62,664 nt of DNA from NCBI GenBank assembly GCA_028704635.1, contig JAQWFB010000006.1, positions 1-62,664 on the forward strand. Direction: 5' to 3'. The DNA is from Candidatus Shapirobacteria bacterium. Lineage in GTDB: Bacteria > Patescibacteriota > Microgenomatia > UBA12405. Positions within the stretch are counted from its first letter, which is position 1. Every line of letters starts with the position of its first letter. The notes beneath the pieces are model-generated. The model saw nothing but the letters and a program-made list of their open reading frames with translations. It was not told the origin of the DNA and did not search any database. This document shows, in pieces, positions 10,128 through 19,785 of this stretch. The translations under genes were made by a program, and so were the position numbers.

Positions 10128-11168
10128 GTGAATCAAACTATTTTTATAACCGGAGGATCTGGATTTTTAGGAATTAATATGGTTAGGTTTTTATTGGAAA
10201 AGAAAAAAAATATTATAAATTACGACATTGCCGATTTTGATTATCCGGAAAAATCCCAAATAAAAAGTTTTGTCGCCGACATTAGAGATAAAAAAAAATT
10301 AAAAAAAGCCATGAAAGGGGCTGATGTTGTTTTACATTTTGCCGCCGCCTTACCACTTTATTCCAAAGAAGATATTTTTTCCACAGAAATAGATGGCACT
10401 AGAAACGTTTTAGAAGCCGCACTTGAAAACGGAATCAAAAAAGTCGTCTATATTTCTTCAACTGCAGTTTATGGCATTCCAGATCACCACCCAATAATTG
10501 AAACAGATAAATTAATTGGTGTTGGTCCATATGGTGAAAGTAAAATTAAAGCTGAAAAAATATGTAAAGTTTTTAGATCCAAAGGCATGTGTGTTCCTGT
10601 TTTAAGGCCAAAATCATTTATCGGTCCGGAAAGATTAGGTGTTTTTTCTTTATTCTACGATTGGGCCAAAGACGGTAAAAATTTTCCTCTAATTGGTAAT
10701 GGTCGCAATCGTTATCAACTATTGGCCGTAACAGACCTTTGTCAAGCTGTTTGGTCTGCCATGAATAGTGATGATAAAAAAGTTAATGACGTTTTCAACA
10801 TTGGCGCTAAAGAATTTAAAACCATGAAGGAAGATTATCAATCAGTTCTCGATTTTGCTGGTTTTGGTAAAAAAATCATATGCTTTCCAGCCAAACCGGT
10901 CATTTTTATACTCAAAATATTAGAAGTACTTCACCTTTCTCCTTTATACGCCTGGGTCTACGAAACAGCCGCCACAGATTCTTCTGTTTCTATTAAAAAG
11001 GCCGAAAAAATACTAAAATTTAATCCAAAATATTCCAACCAAGATGCTTTATTGGAAAATTTTCAATGGTATTTAAAAAATCTAGATGAATTTCAAAATA
11101 CCACCGGTGTTTCTCATCGAGTTCCCTGGAGTCAAGGTATTTTTAAAATAGTTAAAAATTTTTTCTAA
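10128..11168 (+). CDS. NAD-dependent epimerase/dehydratase (extended SDR)
   Basis: GTG start. It has the IFITGGSGFLGINMVRFLL Rossmann motif and a YGESK catalytic YxxxK. 346 aa. Confidence 0.85.
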   Translation: MNQTIFITGGSGFLGINMVRFLLEKKKNIINYDIADFDYPEKSQIKSFVADIRDKKKLKKAMKGADVVLHFAAALPLYSKEDIFSTEIDGTRNVLEAALENGIKKVVYISSTAVYGIPDHHPIIETDKLIGVGPYGESKIKAEKICKVFRSKGMCVPVLRPKSFIGPERLGVFSLFYDWAKDGKNFPLIGNGRNRYQLLAVTDLCQAVWSAMNSDDKKVNDVFNIGAKEFKTMKEDYQSVLDFAGFGKKIICFPAKPVIFILKILEVLHLSPLYAWVYETAATDSSVSIKKAEKILKFNPKYSNQDALLENFQWYLKNLDEFQNTTGVSHRVPWSQGIFKIVKNFF

Positions 11169-11179
11169 CAACCTTTTAT

Positions 11180-11188
11180 TGGTATAAT
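11180..11188 (+). promoter_or_regulatory. Extended -10 promoter element TGGTATAAT upstream of the PAP2 gene
   Basis: Exact TGnTATAAT in the 46-nt gap after the epimerase gene. The same 13-mer TGGTATAATCTAA recurs at 36260. Confidence 0.45.
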
Positions 11189-11214
11189 CTAATTTGTCAT
11201 TATAAAACAGATAT

Positions 11215-11799
11215 ATGAGTTTAATTTCATGGAAAAAAAAATTTTTATTTTGGCAACCAAAAACAGATTGGTTTAAAAAAATATCAAAATATAAATTTGG
11301 TAATTATTTTTTAGTTTTTATAAATTACATCATTTGGGTCTTTTTATTTTTCGTTTCTTATTTCCTGATTAAACACAAAACCAATATTTTTTGGCAATTA
11401 TTCACATCCACTCTTATCGGTGAAATAATTGAAAAATTTTTAAAAATCCAACCACTTTGGAGAAGACCTCTTCATTTGGGTAATAATACTTTACCAAACG
11501 GGTTACTAAAATCTTGGTATAAAAAAGGAAGTTTTCCTTCAGGTCATGCTATGAAAGCTACTTTCTTTTTATTATTTGTTTTACAATATTCTGGCGTTGT
11601 TAATCCTTATGTTTTTACAGTTATCACCGTACCTTTGGTTTTAATTCGCATCTTTTTGGGGTTACACTATCCAATTGATGTACTTGGCGGTATTATTTTT
11701 GGTTTATTAATTTGGGTTCCTGTTCACTTTTTAATTTTCCCCGATTTTTTAATAAATCTAGTTGCAGTAATTTTTAATTTTGTTTTTTTTATTAAATAA
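11215..11799 (+). CDS. PAP2-family (type 2) polyprenyl/lipid phosphate phosphatase
   Basis: All three PAP2 motifs are present: KIQPLWRRP, PSGH, and LGLHYPIDVLGG. Multi-TM, 194 aa. Confidence 0.8.
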   Translation: MSLISWKKKFLFWQPKTDWFKKISKYKFGNYFLVFINYIIWVFLFFVSYFLIKHKTNIFWQLFTSTLIGEIIEKFLKIQPLWRRPLHLGNNTLPNGLLKSWYKKGSFPSGHAMKATFFLLFVLQYSGVVNPYVFTVITVPLVLIRIFLGLHYPIDVLGGIIFGLLIWVPVHFLIFPDFLINLVAVIFNFVFFIK

Positions 11800-11804
11800 A
11801 AATT

Positions 11805-13895
11805 ATGTTTTCAGATCTTACTTTTATTATTTTTTGGTGGTTCTTGATTTTCATATTAGGTCTATTTTGCTTACCGTTAACTTTTACTTTATTTAAAAAA
11901 TTTTGGGACAAAGGCTATATTTTTTCTAAAACTATTTGTATTGCCATCTTAACTTATCTGATTTTTATTTGCGGTGTTTTTGAAATTTTAACTTTTACCA
12001 ATCTAAATTTATTTTTAATAATATTTTTAATTTTATTTTTTAATTTCTTACTTCTTAATAGAAAAAATAATTTTTCTATTTTTTTAAAAACAATTAAAGA
12101 AAATTACAAAACCTTTGTTTTTCAAGAAATTATTTTTATTTTAATTTTAACCACCTGGTCCTTTGTTCGTGGTTTTATGTCTAATATTGAAGGTTTGGAA
12201 AAATATATGGATTGGGGTTTTATAAATTCTGCCTTAAGATCAGAATTTTTACCACCACAAGACATGTGGTTTTCTGGTGAAATTATAAATTATTATTATT
12301 TTGGTCATCTTATTTTTGCCGTTTTAACCAAATTAAGTAATATCGGCTCAGCCATTACTTACAATTTATCTATTGCCACCGTTTGTGCTCTTGCATTTTC
12401 TTCCACCTTTTCCATTGCTTCTAATTTAGTTTTCCTTTCTTTAAAAAAAATCGATTTCAAAAAAATTATTACTGCTGGTCTAATTTCCGCTTTACTTTTA
12501 ACTTTTGGCGGCAATCTTCACTCTGTTTATAAAATTGTCAAAATAAATATTGTCGATAATGGTAAATTAGTTTTAAACAAAGAGGCCATTGCCAAAGCAG
12601 TTGACAGTTATTGGTATCCCGATGCAACCCGTTTTATTGGTTATGACCCAGATGTAAAAGATAAAACTATTCATGAATTTCCAATTTATAGTTTTGTAGT
12701 TGCCGATCTTCATGGCCATATGAATGATATTCCTATCATTTTATTCTTTATGGCGTTTCTATTGTCATCAAGTTTTTATTCATCATCCTTAATTAGTAGT
12801 CTCTTGATTATTGTTGCTGGTTTTACTTTATCGATTGCCTACATGACTAATGCTTGGGATTTTGCTATTTACGGTCTTCTTTTCGCCATTTTTACTTTCT
12901 TTTCAAATTTAAAAAACGATTCAAAAACAGCCATTAAAAAAGCTTTTACTAACGGTATATTAACTATTGCTTGCTGGTTTATTTTTTCCTTACCTTTTTC
13001 TCTAAAATTTACCCCTATGGGAGAAGGTGTTAAAATTTCTGACACTCACAGTTTTTTTTACCAACTTTTTATTTTATATGGGGGTTTTTGGCTTGTCATT
13101 TTACCTTTATTACTTTTATTTTTAATAAAAAAGATTAAAAAGAAAAAACTAAATTTGCAAACTTCTGATCTTTTTGTCTTAGCCATTGTCGTCACTGCTA
13201 CTCTTTTGATAATTATTCCCGAAATAATTTATTTAAAAGATATTTATATTTACGAGCATCGTCGTGCCAACACTATGTTTAAATTAACTTACCAGGCTTT
13301 TATTATGTACGCTTTGGTTTCTGGATATGCTTTTTATAAAATTCGACTTTTACTAAAATCGAAATGGCTTAATTTTCTGTACGGCATTTTATTTGCCATA
13401 ATTTTTTCAATTCACTTAATTTATCCCTATTTTGCCATTAGATCTTTTTATGGATCTCTTAAAACTTATCAGGGCTTATGGGGATTAAATTATTTAAAAA
13501 ATGACTTCCCTGACAATTTTAATGCTATTAATTGGATTAATAAAAATATTTCTGGACAACCAGTAATGCTTGAAGCTGTTGGTGATAGTTACACTACCTT
13601 TAATCAAGTTTCTGTGTCCACCGGATTGCCGACTGTTGAAGGCTGGATTGTGCACGAATGGCTTTGGCGCGGTGGTTACGACAAGCCAAAAATGCGCCAA
13701 GATAATGTTCAATCAATTTACGAAAGTGATGATCTTAACCGATTAAAACAATTAATTCAAAAATATAATATTAAATATATTTTTATTGGTGATAAGGAAT
13801 ATGAAAAATATCCCGATTTAAATGAAGATAATTTTAAAAAAATTGGTGGGCAAATTATTTTTCAGTCTGGTAAAACTAAAATTTACCAACTATAG
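11805..13895 (+). CDS. DUF2298 (Chlor_Arch_YYY) large polytopic membrane protein, GT-C-like
   Basis: 696 aa with many TM segments. The IINYYYFGH motif is characteristic of the YYY/DUF2298 family. Confidence 0.7.
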   Translation: MFSDLTFIIFWWFLIFILGLFCLPLTFTLFKKFWDKGYIFSKTICIAILTYLIFICGVFEILTFTNLNLFLIIFLILFFNFLLLNRKNNFSIFLKTIKENYKTFVFQEIIFILILTTWSFVRGFMSNIEGLEKYMDWGFINSALRSEFLPPQDMWFSGEIINYYYFGHLIFAVLTKLSNIGSAITYNLSIATVCALAFSSTFSIASNLVFLSLKKIDFKKIITAGLISALLLTFGGNLHSVYKIVKINIVDNGKLVLNKEAIAKAVDSYWYPDATRFIGYDPDVKDKTIHEFPIYSFVVADLHGHMNDIPIILFFMAFLLSSSFYSSSLISSLLIIVAGFTLSIAYMTNAWDFAIYGLLFAIFTFFSNLKNDSKTAIKKAFTNGILTIACWFIFSLPFSLKFTPMGEGVKISDTHSFFYQLFILYGGFWLVILPLLLLFLIKKIKKKKLNLQTSDLFVLAIVVTATLLIIIPEIIYLKDIYIYEHRRANTMFKLTYQAFIMYALVSGYAFYKIRLLLKSKWLNFLYGILFAIIFSIHLIYPYFAIRSFYGSLKTYQGLWGLNYLKNDFPDNFNAINWINKNISGQPVMLEAVGDSYTTFNQVSVSTGLPTVEGWIVHEWLWRGGYDKPKMRQDNVQSIYESDDLNRLKQLIQKYNIKYIFIGDKEYEKYPDLNEDNFKKIGGQIIFQSGKTKIYQL

Positions 13896-13907
13896 TTAAA
13901 CTTGTCC

Positions 13908-15818
13908 ATGGAAGATATTTTAGAAGGGTTAAACCCAAATCAAAAAGAAGCAGTCACTCATATTGGTTCTCCTTTGCTTTTATTAGCTGGAGCTGGCTCT
14001 GGTAAAACTCGGGTCTTAACTCACCGGGTAGTCTATTTTATTCAAAAGAAAATTGCCAAACCCTCAGAAATTTTACTTCTCACTTTCACTAACAAGGCCG
14101 CCGAGGAAATGAAAAATCGCACCCAAAAATTAATACCATCTGTAAGGGCGAATCATGATTCGCCCTTACAAAAAAATACAATCTTTGCTGGAACTTTTCA
14201 CTCTTTTTGTTGTAGAGTTTTACGTGCCGATGGTAATAACATTGGCATTCCTCCTAAATTTGTTATCTATGACTCTAACGATCAGGAAAATTTAATTAAA
14301 AATATTCTTCACGAAATAGGTTTAACCACTAAAGAATTTAAACCATCAAGTGTCTTGTATTATATCGAAGCCGCTAAAAATTCTTTTCAAACTCCAAAAG
14401 ATATGATTGCTCAAAGCCATGGTTTTTGGCAAGATTATGCCAGTAAAATTTATTCTCGTTACCAACAAAAATTATTTGAATTTCATGCTCTCGATTTTAA
14501 TGATCTTTTATTTAAAACAGTTGAATTGTTTTTACAATATCCCGATGTTTTAGCCAAATATCAAGATATTTACAAATTCATTATGGTTGATGAGTATCAA
14601 GACACTAATCAAATTCAATATCTTTTAACTAAACTTTTAGCCCAAAAATATAATCAAATCACTGTTGTCGGTGATGCTTCTCAAGCCATTTATGGTTGGC
14701 GCGGTGCCGATTATCGCAATCTTGTTAGTTTTACTACCGATTTTAAAAACACCAAAGTTATTAATCTTGAAGAAAATTATCGATCCACTCAAATTATTCT
14801 CGATGCCGCCAACACTGTTATTTCCAAAAATAATTCTCATCCCATTCTAAAGTTATTCACTCAAAAAAAATCAGAGGATAAAATTAAAATTTTTGAAGCT
14901 GAATCAGAAGTTGCTGAGGCTGATTTTGTTGCTTCCAAAATTAAATTTATTAATGATAATTTAAAAATTCCTTTACGAAATATTGCCGTTCTTTACCGAA
15001 TGAATGCTCAATCTCGTGTTTTAGAAGAAGCCTTTTTACGTCAGAGCATTCCATATGTTTTACTAGGAGGCATTCGCTTTTATGAACGTGCCGAAATCAA
15101 AGATATTTTATCCATGCTTCGTTTTGCTAGCAATTCGGCCGATCATATTTCTGAGGAAAGAATTGAAAAAGCTCTGGGTAAACGCAAAAAAGCCGTTTTA
15201 ATGGATCATCTCAAAGACATGGATTTAGAAAATCTTACCTCTCTTCAAATTTTAGAATCATTGGTGGTTAATTCTGGCTATCTTGATAAATTTGACGCTA
15301 AAGATGAAGAAGATCAAAAAAGAATCGAAAATATTAAAGAATTAAAATCAGTTGCCGCCTCTTATCCCAATCTATCTGCTTTCTTGGAAAATATTACTCT
15401 GGTTCAGCAGGAATATTCCCTTCAAGAAAAAAATAAGAAAAAAGAAAAACGCGACGGGGTTAAATTAATGACTCTTCATAGTGCTAAAGGGTTGGAGTTT
15501 GAAGTTGTCTTTATGGTGGGGTTTGAAGAGGGAATTTTACCTCATTCTCGTTGTTTAATTAATGAATCAGAAATAGAAGAAGAGCGCCGTCTTTGCTATG
15601 TCGGTATTACTCGTGCCAAAGACTATCTTTATCTCTCCTATGCATCAAGACGCCTATTTTTCGGCAAAAGTAGTTTAAATGAACCCAGCAGATTTCTATC
15701 AGACATCCCGTCTGAATTAGTTGAATTTGAAGAAAGTTTAGAAACCTTTCGTGATTATCGCCACCCCAGAAAATCAAAAGATGATGATGATATCATTTAC
15801 GACCCCGATATTTATTAA
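13908..15818 (+). CDS. pcrA: ATP-dependent DNA helicase PcrA/UvrD (SF1)
   Basis: LNPNQKEAV..LLLLAGAGSGKTRVLTHR (motifs Q/I), VDEYQDTN, VGDASQAIYGWRGA, NYRS, and TLHSAKGLEFEVVF..YVGITRAK. The start is ATG at 13908 or TTG at 13902. Confidence 0.9.
   Translation: MEDILEGLNPNQKEAVTHIGSPLLLLAGAGSGKTRVLTHRVVYFIQKKIAKPSEILLLTFTNKAAEEMKNRTQKLIPSVRANHDSPLQKNTIFAGTFHSFCCRVLRADGNNIGIPPKFVIYDSNDQENLIKNILHEIGLTTKEFKPSSVLYYIEAAKNSFQTPKDMIAQSHGFWQDYASKIYSRYQQKLFEFHALDFNDLLFKTVELFLQYPDVLAKYQDIYKFIMVDEYQDTNQIQYLLTKLLAQKYNQITVVGDASQAIYGWRGADYRNLVSFTTDFKNTKVINLEENYRSTQIILDAANTVISKNNSHPILKLFTQKKSEDKIKIFEAESEVAEADFVASKIKFINDNLKIPLRNIAVLYRMNAQSRVLEEAFLRQSIPYVLLGGIRFYERAEIKDILSMLRFASNSADHISEERIEKALGKRKKAVLMDHLKDMDLENLTSLQILESLVVNSGYLDKFDAKDEEDQKRIENIKELKSVAASYPNLSAFLENITLVQQEYSLQEKNKKKEKRDGVKLMTLHSAKGLEFEVVFMVGFEEGILPHSRCLINESEIEEERRLCYVGITRAKDYLYLSYASRRLFFGKSSLNEPSRFLSDIPSELVEFEESLETFRDYRHPRKSKDDDDIIYDPDIY
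14141..14170. repeat. Perfect 30-bp GC-rich palindrome TGTAAGGGCGAATCATGATTCGCCCTTACA embedded in-frame in pcrA
   Basis: The first 15 nt are the exact reverse complement of the last 15. It encodes VRANHDSPLQ in the variable loop between helicase motifs Ia and Ib. It has the same length, TGTA/TACA termini and CATG centre as the GTAGAGACG palindromes. Confidence 0.85.
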
Positions 15819-15834
15819 CCTGATAAAATAACTC

Positions 15835-16173
15835 ATGGAAATAACCAAAAAAGATCAATCGCAAATTTTTCATAATGGAAATGTAACCGCTCACGAATAT
15901 CCTAGTCAAAATAAAAACATAAGTGGCGGTTATGTTGAAATAAAAGGCAGACATCCATCTGAAGGTTGGATTTGTAATAATTTATGTACAGAATTAGTTT
16001 TTATTATTAAAGGATCTACAACTTTAACAACTGAACAAGAATCAATCATTTTAAATGAAATGGATCAGGTAATTATTAATCCAAAAGAAAAATATTTTTT
16101 CGATGGAGATTGTGTTGCTTTTGTTCCAGCTACTCCGCCATGGACTCCTGAACAAACTGAAATAGAAAAATAA
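15835..16173 (+). CDS. Small cupin-domain protein
   Basis: 112 aa with a beta-rich pattern, GGYVEIKGRHPSEGW...ELVFIIKGS...VIINPKEKYFF, typical of cupin_2 folds. Confidence 0.5.
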   Translation: MEITKKDQSQIFHNGNVTAHEYPSQNKNISGGYVEIKGRHPSEGWICNNLCTELVFIIKGSTTLTTEQESIILNEMDQVIINPKEKYFFDGDCVAFVPATPPWTPEQTEIEK

Positions 16174-16174
16174 A

Positions 16175-17218
16175 ATGACTACTAAAATTCTCACCATCAA
16201 AGATAAAGAAAAATATGACTCTTTAATTATCCATCCAGTTCAAACTTGGGAGTGGGGAGATTTTCAAATTTCTCAAGGCCACACAGTTTATCGTCTCGGT
16301 CTTTTTAACGACGACGATAAAATAATTTCCGCTTATTCTGTCAGTTTTCATAAAATTCCCAAAACTAAATTTTCTATTGGTACCATTCTTCGTGGTCCTG
16401 AAATTAATGATGAAATGATCCAAAAAATCACCGAAATTGCTAAAAATGAAAATGCTATTTTTGTTAAATTCGAGCCCAATATTATTTATAAAAAATACGA
16501 TAATTTTAATAATAGTACTCTTGTATTCCAAAAACCTAATTTTCAAAATCTTAAAAAATCACCCAAAGTTGCCTTTTATCCCCACACCTTTTTAATTGAT
16601 TTAACCAAAAGCGAAACTGAATTATTAGAATCAATGCATTCTAAAACTCGTTACAACATCAGAGTTGCTAATCGTTACGGCGTTGAAATTAAAGAACAGA
16701 CCGATGACAAAGGTTTTGAAATTTATTTAAAACTTCTTCTTGCCACCACCAAACGCCAAGGTTTTTATTTACACACCGAAAAATATCATCGCGATTTATG
16801 GAAAAAATTAAAGAACACCGGCATGATCCACATTATGTTGGCCTATTACCAAAATGAAACCCTATCAGCCTTTATGATTTTTAAACTGAAAGATCAATTA
16901 TTTTATCCCTACGGTGCTTCTCTTCATATCAATCGTCAAGTCATGGCTCAAAATCTTTTAATGTGGGAGGTTGTAAAACTTGGTCAAAAATTAAAATGTA
17001 AAACTTTTGATATGTGGGGCTGTCTTGGTCCTCATGCTAAAGAAACTGAAAATGGTTTTGGGTTTCATCGTTTTAAACAAGGTTACGGCGGACAATTAGT
17101 TGAATATGTTGGGACTTACGATCTAATCATTAATCCATTTTTATATAAAGCCTACAATTCTGCTGATAAAATTCGTTGGAAACTTCTTCGTTTTAAAGCT
17201 AAAATTTCTAGAAAATAA
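16175..17218 (+). CDS. FemAB/MurM-family peptidoglycan interpeptide-bridge aminoacyltransferase (FemX-like)
   Basis: 347 aa. HSKTRYNIRVANRYGVEI, TTKRQGFYLH and FHRFKQGYGG match the FemAB family pattern. Confidence 0.75.
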   Translation: MTTKILTIKDKEKYDSLIIHPVQTWEWGDFQISQGHTVYRLGLFNDDDKIISAYSVSFHKIPKTKFSIGTILRGPEINDEMIQKITEIAKNENAIFVKFEPNIIYKKYDNFNNSTLVFQKPNFQNLKKSPKVAFYPHTFLIDLTKSETELLESMHSKTRYNIRVANRYGVEIKEQTDDKGFEIYLKLLLATTKRQGFYLHTEKYHRDLWKKLKNTGMIHIMLAYYQNETLSAFMIFKLKDQLFYPYGASLHINRQVMAQNLLMWEVVKLGQKLKCKTFDMWGCLGPHAKETENGFGFHRFKQGYGGQLVEYVGTYDLIINPFLYKAYNSADKIRWKLLRFKAKISRK

Positions 17219-17272
17219 AAAAGGGTATTTGTTTAAACTTACATTCGTAAATTACAACATATACCCTTTTTG
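17219..17272. terminator. Bidirectional intrinsic terminator between convergent femX-like and vanW-like genes
   Basis: AAAAGGGTAT ... ATACCCTTTT stem flanked by an A-run on the left and a T-run on the right. Confidence 0.6.
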
Positions 17273-17274
17273 AA

Positions 17275-17847
17275 TTAATTTTGTTTTGGAAGTTGGTAAA
17301 TCGTAATTGAAATTAATCCACTATCATCAGTAGATGTTTCAATTTCAATTGAATAACTTTTATTATTTTTGAATTTAAAATCTAAACCACTATTTCGTTT
17401 TACCAAAGCACTATTACAAGCCATTGTATAAGATTCAGGAAAATAAATTATGTGTCTTTCGATAATTTCAAAATTAGCATCACTAACTGCTTGAAAAATT
17501 GCCGTTGAAGTTCTCCAAAGACCTGATCCTGAATCAAAATATACTTTTTTATTACCGTTTGAATCGACACCTAAAAAATATCCATAAGTAAATCCACGAT
17601 TTTTTGTCACCTCACCAATTGTTTCATTAAAAGAAAAAATCTCTCCCGGTTTCAAAATCAATCCGTTAATTAACTCTGCCGATCTTATGGCATTTGTCTT
17701 CCCTGTGTCATTTGGTGTTTTTAATTCATATAATTCAATTAAAATTTTTGATTTTTCTCCATTCTCTCCTTTCGATAATGCAATTGCCGGGGAAAATAAC
17801 AAACCTATTAACAACACAAACAGAAATAAGTGGCACCCTTTTTTCAT
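17275..17847 (-). CDS. VanW-family secreted protein
   Basis: 190 aa with a signal peptide. LKPGEIFSFNETIGEVTKNRGF and ERHIIYFPESYTMACNSALV..GLDFKFKNN resemble the VanW core. Confidence 0.6.
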   Translation of the reverse strand: MKKGCHLFLFVLLIGLLFSPAIALSKGENGEKSKILIELYELKTPNDTGKTNAIRSAELINGLILKPGEIFSFNETIGEVTKNRGFTYGYFLGVDSNGNKKVYFDSGSGLWRTSTAIFQAVSDANFEIIERHIIYFPESYTMACNSALVKRNSGLDFKFKNNKSYSIEIETSTDDSGLISITIYQLPKQN

Positions 17848-18020
17848 CTATTTCCTTTTCTCCCTCCCAGAAATTAATTTTAAAGTACTATTAAAAATTA
17901 TTATTCAGCTTATAGAACTTAATTTTTAATAATGCCGAAATTAATATAAACACATTCCAGATTAATAAACAAGATCAAATTAAAAGTAGAGTCTAATAAG
18001 ATTATGCTTTAAAATACACT

Positions 18021-18320
18021 ATGTCTTCACAAAAGATTTCCATGACCGAATTAGAGCATATTGCTAAATTGGCCAGAATTAATTTATCCGAATCTGAAAA
18101 AAATACCTTTTTACCACAACTCGAATCTGTTTTAAATTCTTTTGATATTTTAAATAAGGTCGATATTGATAATATTGAACCAACTTTCAGAGTCAACGAA
18201 CAATCAAATATTTTTCACCAAGACGAAATAGGTGAATCATTACCACAATCTGTCGCCCTTTCTACGGCCGTCGTCACTAAAGATGGTTATTTTGTTGTTA
18301 CTAACACCATCAAAAAATAA
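18021..18320 (+). CDS. gatC: Glu/Asp-tRNA amidotransferase subunit C
   Basis: 99 aa. ELEHIAKLARINLSESEKNTFLPQLESVLNSFDILNKVD matches GatC. It lies directly upstream of gatA and gatB. Confidence 0.9.
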   Translation: MSSQKISMTELEHIAKLARINLSESEKNTFLPQLESVLNSFDILNKVDIDNIEPTFRVNEQSNIFHQDEIGESLPQSVALSTAVVTKDGYFVVTNTIKK

Positions 18321-18321
18321 T

Positions 18322-19785
18322 ATGGATTATTCAACTTTTTCAATTTTGCAAATTCGCCAACTTCTCCTTGATAAAAAAGTCACCGCTCTTGAAATCACTA
18401 ATTTTTTTATCGACCGTGTCAAAAATATTGATCCTAAAATTAATGCCTTTATAACCATTACTGAAAAAGAAGCCATAAAACAGGCAGAAATTTTAGACGT
18501 CAAAATAAATAGAGGTGAGAAAATTGGTAAATTAGCCGGATCAATCATGGCTGTTAAAGATATTTATTTAACTAAAGATATCCAAACTACTTCTAGTTCC
18601 CAAGTTTTAAAAGGCTATATTCCACAATACTCTTCCACTGTTTATCAAAAATTAATTAATGAAGATGCCATCATTATTGGCAAAACTAATACCGATCCTT
18701 TTGCTTTTGGTGGATCGACTGAAAATTCTGGTTTTTTTACCACCAAGAATCCTTGGAATTTAGATATGGTTCCTGGCGGTTCTTCCGGTGGTTCTGCCGC
18801 CGCTACAGCAGCTAATCTTTGCCATTTTGCCCTTGGCACTGACACTGGCGGATCAATTCGTCAACCCGCTTCGCTTTGTGGTGTTTCGGGATTAAAGCCG
18901 ACTTATGGATTAAATTCTCGTTATGGTATTACCAGTATGGCGTCATCATTTGATTGTCCTGGTGTCTTTGCTCGAACCGTGGCCGACATTGCCACCGTCA
19001 CTCAAATCACCGCTGGACACGACCCTCACGACGCCACTTCAATCGATCAAACAATTCCAGATTACACTCAACTTTTAGACAGTATTAATCTTTCTGGTTT
19101 AAAAATTGGTTTGCCTAAAGAATATTTTTCCAGTGCTATCAATAGCGAAGTAAAAGACAAGGTTATGGAGACTGCTAAATTATTTGAAAGTAAAGGAGCC
19201 ATTCTCAAAGAAGTTTCTTTACCAAGCACCGATTTAGGTCTGGCAGTTTATTATATTTTGGTTCCCTCAGAAATTTCTGCCAACATGGCTCGTTATGATG
19301 GCATTCGTTTTGGTCAAACCGTTTCAAATTCCACTGATATAATTTCCTATTACATGAATACCCGCGGTCAATTTATGGAACCAGAAATAAAGCGCCGAAT
19401 TTTAATCGGCACTTATGCCCTGTCTTCTGGCTATTATGATGCTTACTACACTAAAGCTGCCAAAGTTCGTACCTTAATTAAAAAAGAATTTACAGATGTT
19501 CTATCTGAAGTCGATGTTATTTTAACGCCTTGTTCTCCTACCACTGCCTGGAAAATTGGCGATAAATGCGACAACCCTCTCGAAATGTATTTAGCCGATA
19601 TTTACACTGTTTGTATTAATGTCGCCGGGGTTCCATCACTTGCTCTTCCCTGTGGTTTTGATTCTCAAAAATTACCTATTGGTTTTCAGTTGATTGGTAA
19701 TTTTTTTGAAGAAGCCAAAATTATGTCCGTCGGTCATCAATATCAACAAATTACATCATTTCATACCGAGGTACCAAACTTATGA
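18322..19785 (+). CDS. gatA: Glu/Asp-tRNA amidotransferase subunit A
   Basis: Amidase signature GGSSGGSAAATAA and DTGGSIRQPA. ATG at 18322 (MDYSTFSILQIRQ) is chosen because the ORF-track start at 18232 overlaps gatC. Confidence 0.9.
   Translation: MDYSTFSILQIRQLLLDKKVTALEITNFFIDRVKNIDPKINAFITITEKEAIKQAEILDVKINRGEKIGKLAGSIMAVKDIYLTKDIQTTSSSQVLKGYIPQYSSTVYQKLINEDAIIIGKTNTDPFAFGGSTENSGFFTTKNPWNLDMVPGGSSGGSAAATAANLCHFALGTDTGGSIRQPASLCGVSGLKPTYGLNSRYGITSMASSFDCPGVFARTVADIATVTQITAGHDPHDATSIDQTIPDYTQLLDSINLSGLKIGLPKEYFSSAINSEVKDKVMETAKLFESKGAILKEVSLPSTDLGLAVYYILVPSEISANMARYDGIRFGQTVSNSTDIISYYMNTRGQFMEPEIKRRILIGTYALSSGYYDAYYTKAAKVRTLIKKEFTDVLSEVDVILTPCSPTTAWKIGDKCDNPLEMYLADIYTVCINVAGVPSLALPCGFDSQKLPIGFQLIGNFFEEAKIMSVGHQYQQITSFHTEVPNL

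Noticed and set aside
18232-18321. Upstream extension of gatA to 18232
   Set aside because: The extension overlaps the last 89 nt of gatC in another frame and encodes no conserved sequence. ATG at 18322 follows the gatC stop by 1 nt and begins the conserved GatA N-terminus.
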